58,851 nucleotides of DNA. Source: a virus (taxonomy: Duplodnaviria; Caudoviricetes). The stretch is taken from IMG/VR virus record IMGVR_UViG_3300042477_000507, positions 1 through 58,851 of that record. The stretch is one strand, 5' to 3'. The position numbers were made by a program, and so were the translations under genes. Under the pieces are notes generated by a model. The model was not told the DNA's origin and ran no database searches. It worked only from the letters and a program-made list of their open reading frames with translations. This document shows positions 37,511 through 45,677 of the stretch, one piece after another; within the stretch, counting starts at the first letter, position 1; each line of letters opens with the position of its first letter.

Positions 37511-37807
37511 ATGACTGACTTCCGAAAGCTTTGCGATGAGCTACTCGATGAACTTCAGTTTCAGACAGACTGGAGCGTTGCAGAAGAATTGAAAGAACGC
37601 GCCCGCGCTGCACTAGCCGAGCCCGAGCCGGAGGGGTCGACAGAAGTCGAGATCGCATCCATTTTGCTGGCCTATGCCGTTGTTGAGCCGCAGGTGGGCG
37701 TAAGCCGAATCCTGCACGAAAAGCATTTCGGCAATGCCGCCCGCGCCGTTCTCGCCCGTTGGGGCAACCATCCGGGATCTCCAGATAGTTCAACCCAGCC
37801 CTCCTAG
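37511..37807 (+). CDS. small cassette ORF (MTDFR.LC.EL...RARAALA.PEP...ARAVLARWG type)
   Basis: ORF track; bracketed by two putative sites. Confidence 0.7.
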   Translation: MTDFRKLCDELLDELQFQTDWSVAEELKERARAALAEPEPEGSTEVEIASILLAYAVVEPQVGVSRILHEKHFGNAARAVLARWGNHPGSPDSSTQPS

Positions 37808-37908
37808 TCCGATCAACCTCTGCGTTTGCCAACTTGTAAGCCGTACTTACACGTTGCCCGAACGTGTTAAACATTCCGGAATTTCCGGACAGTTCCTCCA
37901 CCTCTTAA

Positions 37909-38145
37909 ATGACTGACATTCTTGACGACAACCACTACGAGTGGGAATTGGAGGATGACGAAGGCGAATGGCAAGCCGGTGGCTCAGCCAACAGCCTGGA
38001 AGATGTACGGCGTGAAGGGATGCGTTATCTGCAGACCTACGCTCAAGAAGGATTTCACAAGCTAATTATCCGTCAGCACTGCACAAGAACTATTCAGGTG
38101 ATTACCAATGGGCTGAACTTTCACCCGCTGCTCAGGCAGTTTTAA
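37909..38145 (+). CDS. small acidic cassette ORF
   Basis: ORF track; C-terminus probably extended by the extra G at 38110-38112. Confidence 0.6.
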   Translation: MTDILDDNHYEWELEDDEGEWQAGGSANSLEDVRREGMRYLQTYAQEGFHKLIIRQHCTRTIQVITNGLNFHPLLRQF

Positions 38146-38327
38146 CGGCTGTGACGCTGACAAAATACGACGTACCTCCAGAAGGGTTGCCTGCTTTTGC
38201 TGAAGAAATGGCTCCTTTGCTTGCCGCCGCCCTTCGCGCTGCTGCGGATCAGTTCTTTTTTGACTGGAATGGCATGTGCTGCGAAGAGCATCTCAAATCC
38301 ATCGCTACCGAGCTTGAAGCCCTATGA
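38108..38327 (+). pseudogene. LSPAAQAVL paralogue 1, start out of frame by one G
   Basis: ATG-G-GCT GAA CTT TCA CCC GCT GCT; reads AELSPAAQAVL...AAALRAAADQ...IATELEAL*. Confidence 0.7.
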
Positions 38328-38557
38328 CTAAACTTTCACCCGCTGCATATGCAGTATTGGATGCCTACATGAACAACTGTGGCTGGCTAGATGGCCCTCT
38401 CGAAAAAGATTATCGCTGCGCTGCCGCCGTCCTGAGGGCTGCTGCGATGCAACTGCGCAGCGAAGAGTATGCAATCTGCAATGGCTCCTCTTACGCCATG
38501 ATGATCGAAATAGACGATTTACTTGACCTTGCCACCGAACTAGAAAGTGCTTCATGA
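38324..38557 (+). CDS. LSPAAQAVL paralogue 2
   Basis: MTKLSPAAYAVLDA...AAAVLRAAA...LLDLATELE. Confidence 0.75.
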   Translation: MTKLSPAAYAVLDAYMNNCGWLDGPLEKDYRCAAAVLRAAAMQLRSEEYAICNGSSYAMMIEIDDLLDLATELESAS

Positions 38558-38700
38558 ACGACCTTAAAGATAGCCTAATCACCGCATTTGGCGTTCTGGT
38601 CTTCATCTTCTTTGTCCCCATCGTGGGGCTTGGGGGAATCTGGACTGCGTTCTACATTTACTGCGGACTTACGCAACAATCATGCGAGGTGAAGAAATGA
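38554..38700 (+). CDS. small membrane protein (48 aa)
   Basis: Manual read; ATGA overlaps at both ends. Confidence 0.6.
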   Translation: MNDLKDSLITAFGVLVFIFFVPIVGLGGIWTAFYIYCGLTQQSCEVKK

Positions 38701-38909
38701 CTGATCTTTCCCCTGCCGCGCAGGCGGTGCTGGATGCCGCCGACAATGTGCGCATTAACGTCGATTGGTGGCCAGAAGGTATGCCGGAGATTGTCGCCGC
38801 CGCCCTGCGTGCTGCTGTAGCCCAGACGCAAAGGCATCCTGGCCACGACATATGGCAGTGCGACGCCGACGACTTACTCGCCATCGCTGATGAGCTTGAT
38901 GCCCAGTAG
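38697..38909 (+). CDS. LSPAAQAVL paralogue 3
   Basis: MTDLSPAAQAVLDAA...AAALRAAV...LLAIADELD. Confidence 0.75.
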   Translation: MTDLSPAAQAVLDAADNVRINVDWWPEGMPEIVAAALRAAVAQTQRHPGHDIWQCDADDLLAIADELDAQ

Positions 38910-38983
38910 TCAGACCCACCTCTAGCCTTCTTCTAGTCAACTCCTAATTTCCCTCAAATTAGAACTTCAGTCTCTCCGCCCCC

Positions 38984-39256
38984 GTGCCTCTCAACAAAGC
39001 CTCCCTGCCCTGTCCCAAATGCAACGCACTGATCACAAAGGTAACGAGTTCCCTAAGAACTCCGAGCGGAGATTTTTACAGATACAGGCAGTGTGAGTTC
39101 TGCGGGCACAGATACAAGACGATACAGCTCGCTGAAATTCTTGCAGCACCAGGCGAGGTAAGAACAACTCACGAAGGTCACGCAGCCATTGTCAACTGGA
39201 AGAAAGTTTTTGATCGAGTCCTTCCGTCTCTTTTGCAGAAACATGACCAAACTTGA
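38984..39256 (+). CDS. NrdR-like zinc-ribbon protein
   Basis: CPKC...KVTSS...RYRQCEFCGHRYKT. Confidence 0.65.
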   Translation: MPLNKASLPCPKCNALITKVTSSLRTPSGDFYRYRQCEFCGHRYKTIQLAEILAAPGEVRTTHEGHAAIVNWKKVFDRVLPSLLQKHDQT

Positions 39257-39416
39257 ACACGAACTCTGTCTCGCCATCTCCCCGATCTTCAATGATCGAG
39301 CGCCTGGAGAATGGGAAGCGGAATCAAAACGCGCGTTGCTTGCAATTATCGTTTACTTGCGAGATAATGGGTACTGGCAGGCTGCCGACTTCTTGCTCTC
39401 AAACACTTCTCTTTAA
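39243..39416 (+). CDS. hypothetical protein
   Basis: Start moved to MTKLEHEL. Confidence 0.5.
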   Translation: MTKLEHELCLAISPIFNDRAPGEWEAESKRALLAIIVYLRDNGYWQAADFLLSNTSL

Positions 39417-39425
39417 TCAGAACAC

Positions 39426-40187
39426 ATGGCGCATCCCAAGTCAGGCTTCTACGTCAAAGACGACCACGAATACGTCTCCGTCAGCTCCGTTCTAGGCAGA
39501 ACGTCTGAGTTATTTGATCCCAGCAAAATAAAGGGTCTTGAAATCTGGCGACAGATGGAGCCTAACTGGGAAGACATCATGCAACGGGCGCAGCGCAGGG
39601 GAACGATCATTCACGCTGAAGTTGAAATGTCGTTCATGGGTGACGCAGAAAAACACAAAATGGATCATGCGACAATGGATGAAGTCATGAATTACAACAT
39701 TCATGAGTACATCACTTATCTCTCGCCCGTCCTTGACTTAATCAAAAAAGAAAACTTCAAAAACGAAGTCAGCGCTCCATCTTTCTTGATGGAAGAGGCT
39801 CTTTACTGCCACTTGGGCTATGCAGGAACCGCTGACTTGCGCCTGCACTGGGACGGTCAATACAGCATCTGGGACTGGAAGACAGTGCGCTCATACAAAG
39901 AAGAGGGCGTCAAGAAAAAAGCAAAGTCAATGTCGCATTACAAAAGCGCTGAAGTGCAAATTGCTGCATATGCACTCGCTCACAATCTTGCTGTAAAACG
40001 AGGCGAGCTTGACAATGAGATAACTCAGGGTGTAATCTGTGTTTGCTACGACTGGCGTGAACCTCATGTTCATGTCCTGAATAAGCAAGAGCTGAAAGCT
40101 CGTGCGCAAGAATTTATCGAGCGTTACAAAGCTTACTGCTCACTCGAAAACACCCAATTCCCAAGGCTTATTGAGCCTGAACTCTGA
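39426..40187 (+). CDS. PD-(D/E)XK exonuclease
   Basis: SVSSVL, RGT.IH, YAGTADL...IWDWKT, QIAAYA. Confidence 0.85.
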   Translation: MAHPKSGFYVKDDHEYVSVSSVLGRTSELFDPSKIKGLEIWRQMEPNWEDIMQRAQRRGTIIHAEVEMSFMGDAEKHKMDHATMDEVMNYNIHEYITYLSPVLDLIKKENFKNEVSAPSFLMEEALYCHLGYAGTADLRLHWDGQYSIWDWKTVRSYKEEGVKKKAKSMSHYKSAEVQIAAYALAHNLAVKRGELDNEITQGVICVCYDWREPHVHVLNKQELKARAQEFIERYKAYCSLENTQFPRLIEPEL

Positions 40188-40543
40188 TGCTCACTCTCGT
40201 CGCTAGTGGTTATGTGACCGGCGAAGTTCAAGTTAAAGATGGCGATTACGGCAAAACTGCCGTTGTCAGCATCCGCTCTAAAACCACGAACGGAAAGCAA
40301 ACTCACTTCGTCAACGCCACTTTCTACGGCAAAAAGATTGAGACTGTCACCAAATTCATGGAAGACGGTCGCCAAGTCACTCTTGTTGGAAGCGTGAAAA
40401 ACGTGTCCCCCAAGAAGAAAAAGGACGGCACTGATTACGTTGCAATCTACATGGATGCAACTGATTTCACGATCCCTGAGCGGCAGGGTCAAGAAATGCC
40501 ATCTCGCTCTACAGCTCCGGCTGCAGACGAAATGCCCTTCTGA
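40187..40543 (+). CDS. ssb: single-stranded DNA-binding protein
   Basis: OB-fold pattern, acidic DEMPF tail. Confidence 0.85.
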   Translation: MLTLVASGYVTGEVQVKDGDYGKTAVVSIRSKTTNGKQTHFVNATFYGKKIETVTKFMEDGRQVTLVGSVKNVSPKKKKDGTDYVAIYMDATDFTIPERQGQEMPSRSTAPAADEMPF

Positions 40544-40546
40544 TTG

Positions 40547-40745
40547 CTTGGCAGAACACGGTCTGATCCCAATAAAACAAGACCGATTCACCTCCCCGCG
40601 CCAACGCTTCTACTGCTCGGGCCAAGCGGTAGCCGACAAAGCACCAGCGCACGCAACGTCAAGGGGTCTCGTCAGGGAGTAAGGCGGCGCCGCCCTTCGC
40701 ATGAGGGTTCTGGGCCTTGCCAAGGTGAATCGTTCGTAAGCCCAA
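40547..40745 (+). ncRNA. candidate structured RNA between ssb and dNMP kinase
   Basis: Several long-range complementarities (see findings); ends at a terminator; no family recognised. Confidence 0.5.
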
Positions 40746-40750
40746 GACTT

Positions 40751-40778
40751 GAAAGCCCCTTCGGGGGTTTTCTTGTAT
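40751..40778 (+). terminator. intrinsic terminator
   Basis: GAAAGCCCC-TTCG-GGGGTTTTC-TTGTATT. Confidence 0.8.
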
Positions 40779-40803
40779 TATTTAACAGCGACAGCAAATT
40801 GCA

Positions 40804-41349
40804 GTGAACAAACTCATCGGACTTTATAGCCCCGCCCCTCAATCAGGTAAATCACTTGCGGCGAACGTTCTTGCACGAACAAGTCATCGCATGATGAGCT
40901 TTGCTGAACCAATCAAGCGCATGGGTGCAGAGTTTTTTATTTCGCTCGGCTACGAAAAAGATGAAGCTGTTGCCTTGGTGTGGGCGCATAAAGAAAAAAT
41001 CGTGCCCGAGATTAACGCAACACCCAGGCACGTACTGCAAACTCTCGGTACTCAGTGGGGGCGTGATTGCATTAATCAAAACATCTGGCTGGACTGCATG
41101 AAATATCGCATTGAAAAAGAAAAGAACTATGGCGTTGTTATTGATGATGTTCGCTTTCTCAATGAAGCGGAAATGATCAAAGACATGGGGGGCGAAATGT
41201 GGAAAATTATTCGCCCTTCCGTCGTCAACAAAGAAACACATGTCTCGGAAGGCGGACTTGATGATTGGGATGGATTTGATCGTGTAATTGAGAACACGGG
41301 TACAATTCAAGAATTTCGCGCAAAACTTGATGCTTTGATGACATGCTGA
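40804..41349 (+). CDS. deoxynucleoside monophosphate kinase
   Basis: IGL....SGKS, SFAEPIK, PR..LQTLGT.WGR, DDVRF.NE, H.SE. Confidence 0.9.
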   Translation: MNKLIGLYSPAPQSGKSLAANVLARTSHRMMSFAEPIKRMGAEFFISLGYEKDEAVALVWAHKEKIVPEINATPRHVLQTLGTQWGRDCINQNIWLDCMKYRIEKEKNYGVVIDDVRFLNEAEMIKDMGGEMWKIIRPSVVNKETHVSEGGLDDWDGFDRVIENTGTIQEFRAKLDALMTC

Positions 41350-42080
41350 AGGATCGCGGTGATATTTTCTATGGCGCCCGTCTCGTTGCTGATGCACGTC
41401 TTCATCTAGGCCCTTTGATCAATGGGGGCGACGGGGAATTATTCTTTGCGACGATGTGGAAAATTATCGACAGCAAAGTGTATTTGGGATACAAAACATT
41501 TGACAACAGAGACATAGTGATGAAAGGAATCAAAGATTTTATCTTTAACTTTCATCACGGACTAGGAATCAAGAAAGCAACTATCGCAACGTTTCTTGCT
41601 AATTGCGCAAAAGCGGCGATCAAAGACAAGACTCAAGCGCAATACGCATCACGTTTTACAAAATGGCTGGGCGAGCAGAATGAAGGTTTTGACTTCCCGC
41701 AAGAGTTCTTTGAATACATGCGGATTAAGTATTATATCAATAAGCGTTACACAAAAAAGAATCCAGACAAGTACAGAAGATTGCAAATTCTTGAAAGAAT
41801 CTACAATCAATACCCACAGCTTTTGCAAGAAGTTGGTGCGGGCAGAAAATACAAAGACATTTTTGATTGCGCAGAAGATCTGACAATTTGGGAGCGAAAG
41901 CGCACTGTGCGCCCTCTTGCTCTTTACAACAACCCAACAGTAAAGCAAACAGAAGAACTGGCGGAAAAGCTAAGTGTCAAACTCAGCAAGCTGAATCGAC
42001 GTGTTTTAATCGCTAAGCTCATAGAAATCTACAAACGCGACAAAGGGATTGATGACGGCAAACTTGTTGACAACACTTGA
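41343..42080 (+). CDS. hypothetical protein
   Basis: 245 aa ORF. Confidence 0.65.
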   Translation: MLKDRGDIFYGARLVADARLHLGPLINGGDGELFFATMWKIIDSKVYLGYKTFDNRDIVMKGIKDFIFNFHHGLGIKKATIATFLANCAKAAIKDKTQAQYASRFTKWLGEQNEGFDFPQEFFEYMRIKYYINKRYTKKNPDKYRRLQILERIYNQYPQLLQEVGAGRKYKDIFDCAEDLTIWERKRTVRPLALYNNPTVKQTEELAEKLSVKLSKLNRRVLIAKLIEIYKRDKGIDDGKLVDNT

Positions 42081-42591
42081 GCAATGCGCCGCTCAGTCCT
42101 ATTCATTCTTTGTCGCCGGCAAACCCGAGACACAGGGCTCCAAAAGCGCCTTTGGCCGCGCCTACACCGACCGTGAAGGCCGTCAGCGCGTTGCTGTGGC
42201 AATGGTGGAGCAGTCCAAGGGTCTCTACGCCTGGAGGGCTTCTATCGGGCGCATGGCGGCAATCACTCGCCCACGAAACTGGGAAACAAGTGGGCTATTT
42301 GTACTGTCAACATTATTTTACATGCCACGCCCTAAGTTGCATTTCAACAGCAGAGGCGAACTGAAGAGCAACGCCCCTCTGTTTCATTCCAATAAGGGCG
42401 ATGCAGACAAGCTGCTCAGGGCCTGCGGTGATGCACTAACAAAAATATGTTATGATGACGACGCTTTGATCGTTGCGGCTTCATCAATGAAGCTGTTTTG
42501 CGATCCGTCTGACGGCCCAGGCGTTCACATCAAGGTCACTCGCCTTGATGTGGAAGCTGCCACCACCATGACGCTTGCACTGAAGCCCTGA
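42049..42591 (+). CDS. rusA: RusA-like Holliday junction resolvase
   Basis: G.P.TQGSK, F.MPRP, DADKLLRA..DALT...DDDALIV. Confidence 0.85.
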   Translation: MMTANLLTTLEQCAAQSYSFFVAGKPETQGSKSAFGRAYTDREGRQRVAVAMVEQSKGLYAWRASIGRMAAITRPRNWETSGLFVLSTLFYMPRPKLHFNSRGELKSNAPLFHSNKGDADKLLRACGDALTKICYDDDALIVAASSMKLFCDPSDGPGVHIKVTRLDVEAATTMTLALKP

Positions 42592-42600
42592 CACGGTTTC

Positions 42601-42629
42601 TTGCAAAAAGAAGGACGCTGTGCTAATTT
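42601..42629 (+). promoter_or_regulatory. sigma70-type promoter
   Basis: TTGCAA-17-TAATTT with TG extension. Confidence 0.55.
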
Positions 42630-42652
42630 GCACGAGTTCTCACGCAGCCGTT

Positions 42653-43201
42653 ATGGCACGCAAAAAACGGGACTCAGATACTGCAGTCCTTGACCCCATC
42701 GAAACTGACACTGAAATGTCCCCTGAAGTTCTCACTCCTGAAACTGAAGCCACTGAAGCCACCAAAACCAGCAAGGTGCGGGTTGGCGGTGAGCGCAAAG
42801 TAGGTCAGGAGCTGCTCGAGTACGCCCAGAGCAACCAAGGCGTTCCCGGCGATGAGCTGGCCTATGGCGCTGGCTACTACACCAAGATCACCGACGCTGA
42901 AACCGGTGAAACCCAGACTCGCATCCACAAGAACGAGTTCTTCAAGGCTCTGACCGAAGCCTCTACCGGCCTGGTCATTCCTTCTGCTCGCCGCGCCTAC
43001 AGCTCCCGCAAGGGCCGCGCTCCCATCGTGACTGTGGGCAAGACCGGCAACTGCGTCGTGGGCGCCCGTCACAGCGCCATCGCTGGCTTCGAGCCTGGTA
43101 GCAAGGTGCAGGTGACTGCTGAAGCAGGCAAGATCGTACTGACCTCCATGAGCGACGCAGAAGCTGCTGACGCTGAAGGCGACGACGATCTGGATCTCTG
43201 A
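42653..43201 (+). CDS. cyanobacterial AbrB-like (cyAbrB) transcription regulator
   Basis: G.ELL...ELA..AGYY...F.KAL.EA...GR....TV.KTGN.VVGA......FEPG. Confidence 0.75.
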   Translation: MARKKRDSDTAVLDPIETDTEMSPEVLTPETEATEATKTSKVRVGGERKVGQELLEYAQSNQGVPGDELAYGAGYYTKITDAETGETQTRIHKNEFFKALTEASTGLVIPSARRAYSSRKGRAPIVTVGKTGNCVVGARHSAIAGFEPGSKVQVTAEAGKIVLTSMSDAEAADAEGDDDLDL

Positions 43202-43220
43202 TTCACGCATCACTGTTCAC

Positions 43221-43248
43221 GCCCTGCTTCGGCAGGGCTTTTTCTTTC
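43221..43248 (+). terminator. intrinsic terminator
   Basis: GCCCTGC-TTCG-GCAGGGC then TTTTTCTTT. Confidence 0.85.
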
Positions 43249-43257
43249 TCTATCAAC

Positions 43258-43653
43258 ATGGGACAACTGCAGCAACAAGCACGGCAATGGCGAAAAGCGT
43301 TTGAAGTTGAAAGCGATAATCAACGCGGCAGCCTTCAGTACAATCTGCAAATCAAGTTGATTATTGAAGAGTACACAGAAGTCATTGAAGCATTTGATGC
43401 GTTCAGACAGAGTGATATTGCTACTCACGCCGATCTCCTGAAAGAACTTGCTGATCTTGTCTTCGTCTGCTATCAGGCGGCGGAAAATATGGACTGGGAT
43501 CTTGATGAAGCGATGCAACGCATCTTTGACAGCAACATGAGCAAGCTCGATGATGCAGGCGCCCCGATCAGAAATGAAGCGGGAAAAGTGACGAAGGGTC
43601 CAAATTACAAAAAGCCAGACTTGACGGACCTTGTGCAAGGCAACGCAGATTAA
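43258..43653 (+). CDS. MazG-like / PRA-PH NTP pyrophosphohydrolase
   Basis: LIIEEYTE, KELADLVFV.Y, SNMSKL, GKV.KGPNY. Confidence 0.85.
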   Translation: MGQLQQQARQWRKAFEVESDNQRGSLQYNLQIKLIIEEYTEVIEAFDAFRQSDIATHADLLKELADLVFVCYQAAENMDWDLDEAMQRIFDSNMSKLDDAGAPIRNEAGKVTKGPNYKKPDLTDLVQGNAD

Positions 43654-43672
43654 ACATTCCCGTTACACGCAG

Positions 43673-43846
43673 ATGACGGATCCCGAAGCAGATGCCATCA
43701 TTGAAGCCGTCTGGACCTCAGAAGCGTCCCTAACTGCCAACCTGAGAGCGCTTGTTCGTGCTGCTGCCTGCTACGGGTGGCGGTGCGCCCAGGCGGCTCA
43801 CTGGATCAACAAACATCGCTCACAGCACAATGGTCAATCCCGTTGA
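43673..43846 (+). CDS. hypothetical protein
   Basis: Start moved to MTDPEAD. Confidence 0.5.
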   Translation: MTDPEADAIIEAVWTSEASLTANLRALVRAAACYGWRCAQAAHWINKHRSQHNGQSR

Positions 43847-43979
43847 AGAACAGAAGCGGCAAGATCGCTTGGAGTCTTGGTATGAACAAGACGGGCGCAG
43901 CGACAAAAGCCACCCCATGTACTCTCTCTACACTGGACTCGCTGACAAGTACATGAACAAGGAGCAAGACGATGTTTGA
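43830..43979 (+). CDS. hypothetical protein
   Basis: RQD.LE.WY..DGR....HP..SLYTGL. Confidence 0.6.
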   Translation: MVNPVEEQKRQDRLESWYEQDGRSDKSHPMYSLYTGLADKYMNKEQDDV

Positions 43980-44124
43980 TTTTGATGATCTCGAAAAACT
44001 TTTTCGTGAATACTGGGAGGGCTCTTATCCCAATGCGCCCGCAAATAAGCAAGCGGCTGCATCGCATGTCGCTTTCGCTCATTTCGTGCTACTAAAGGCA
44101 AGCGAGGCGAAGAGTGAGGGTTGA
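43972..44124 (+). CDS. hypothetical protein (50 aa)
   Basis: Manual read LF.EYW..SYP.AP.N.QA..SH.AF. Confidence 0.55.
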   Translation: MFDFDDLEKLFREYWEGSYPNAPANKQAAASHVAFAHFVLLKASEAKSEG

Positions 44125-44740
44125 ATTCATTCACTGCACGCCAGATGCAGAGCGTTTAGTCGTGAAAATGGCGAGGGTTAGCAACCCAAGCAATGAAGAC
44201 AACTGGGAGACTGGCGCAAAGCTGATTAGATATTTGATCAGTCACAAGCATTGGTCGCCGCTGGAAATGTGCTCGATGTGCGTCAGGATCAATACTGAAC
44301 GTGACATCGCCACCCAAATACTGCGCCACAGAAGCTTCAGTTTTCAAGAGTTTTCTACTCGTTATGCAGAGACTGTAATTGCAGCAGTTCCTGACTTCAG
44401 AAGGCAAGATCTAAAGAACAGGCAAAGTAGCCATGACGACTTCCCTGATCAACAAAAGTCTGATCTTCAGTTTGCAGCCGCAAAAGTTATAGGTAGCGCA
44501 TTTGATGCCTACTCCGAAATGCTTGAGCAGGGCGTAGCGAAAGAGACTGCGCGTCGAATTCTGCCGCTTTGTACTCCGACGACTCTTTATATGCACGGAA
44601 CACTGCGGTCCTGGGTGCATTACATTCAGTTGCGCTGTGAAAACGGTACGCAGCTAGAGCATCAAAAGATTGCAGAAGAGTGCAAGAAGATCTTTATTGA
44701 GCAATTCCCATTGATCGGGCAGGCCGCATTTGAGTCATGA
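44114..44740 (+). CDS. thyX: flavin-dependent thymidylate synthase
   Basis: HWSPLE, QILRHRSFSFQEFS.RY, E.AR.ILP, RSW.HY..LR. Confidence 0.95.
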   Translation: MRVEFIHCTPDAERLVVKMARVSNPSNEDNWETGAKLIRYLISHKHWSPLEMCSMCVRINTERDIATQILRHRSFSFQEFSTRYAETVIAAVPDFRRQDLKNRQSSHDDFPDQQKSDLQFAAAKVIGSAFDAYSEMLEQGVAKETARRILPLCTPTTLYMHGTLRSWVHYIQLRCENGTQLEHQKIAEECKKIFIEQFPLIGQAAFES

Positions 44741-45258
44741 GCATTCTCTGTGATCACGAAATCGAGCGCTTGTGCAAAGAACAGGCAATGATGCTGCCTT
44801 ACAGGTCAGAGCAGCTCAACCCAGCAAGCTATGACGTGCGACTGGGCGATCAGATCATGATCGAGTCCGTCGCAACAGATCAACTCATCCCCACGCCTCT
44901 TTCTGGTTTCACAAAAGAGAATCCTTGGCTGCTGCGTGCAGGGCAGTTCTGCCTTGCCTGCACCGAAGAGATCTTCAACATGCCCGAGGACGTGGCCGGG
45001 CACTTCGCTCTCAAGTCAAGCAGGGGGCGTGAAGGCTACTCTCATGCACTCAGCGCATACATCGACCCTGGGTTTCATGGAAGCCGTCTGACGCTCGAGC
45101 TTCATAACATCAGGCAGATTCACCCAATTCCCCTGTATCCAGGTCTCTTGATTGGGCAGGTTGTTTTTCAACGCATGTCCGACGCGCCACTCGTCAGCTA
45201 CGCCGTCAAGGGGAACTACAACAATAGCGAAACAGTGCGTCAAAGTATCTGGACATAA
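44737..45258 (+). CDS. dcd: dCTP deaminase
   Basis: NPASYD.RLG, LKSSRGREG, IDPGF.G..TLEL, IGQ. Confidence 0.9.
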   Translation: MSILCDHEIERLCKEQAMMLPYRSEQLNPASYDVRLGDQIMIESVATDQLIPTPLSGFTKENPWLLRAGQFCLACTEEIFNMPEDVAGHFALKSSRGREGYSHALSAYIDPGFHGSRLTLELHNIRQIHPIPLYPGLLIGQVVFQRMSDAPLVSYAVKGNYNNSETVRQSIWT

Positions 45259-45501
45259 TCAAGCGAGATCGTCAATCATTTTTTGATATTTATCAAGCGA
45301 AAATTCTGCGCTCATATTTTTCATTGCTTCCCCTATCGCCCACACCGCTCTGCTGTTGTTAAACGATGCTTGGTGATTTAAGAGCAAGGCAAAATCAAGC
45401 AGCCCCTGATAATCGCTTGCTCTAAACAATTCCTTAAGACGCTCAGAGTTCAGCTTCTCCTGGAACTCGTCTTCGGCGCGATACGTTGGTGATGACATCA
45501 T
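45259..45501 (-). CDS. hypothetical protein
   Basis: Fills gap between dcd and sigma gene. Confidence 0.55.
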   Translation of the reverse strand: MMSSPTYRAEDEFQEKLNSERLKELFRASDYQGLLDFALLLNHQASFNNSRAVWAIGEAMKNMSAEFSLDKYQKMIDDLA

Positions 45502-45677
45502 TGTTAAACAGACGGTTATGACTGACAGTAACAAGCCATGGCTTCAGGCGCCATGTAAGGAGAACAATTGGAAATGGCGTGTTTACGGAATCGGCATGGT
45601 GTGGGATCATGCACAGGAGTGGCAAGCCAAATGGAAGCTCCACTGCTTACAAGTCTCTCAAGGTATTTCCGACGACG

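Noticed and set aside
39426-40187. Cas4 implying a CRISPR system
   Set aside because: Stand-alone PD-(D/E)XK exonuclease beside ssb/erf, without the four-Cys cluster; a routine phage recombination gene.
40618-40640. tRNA (GGCCAAGCGGT resembles a D-loop)
   Set aside because: No T-arm GTTCRA, anticodon arm or acceptor stem at the proper spacing; I found no tRNA in the window.
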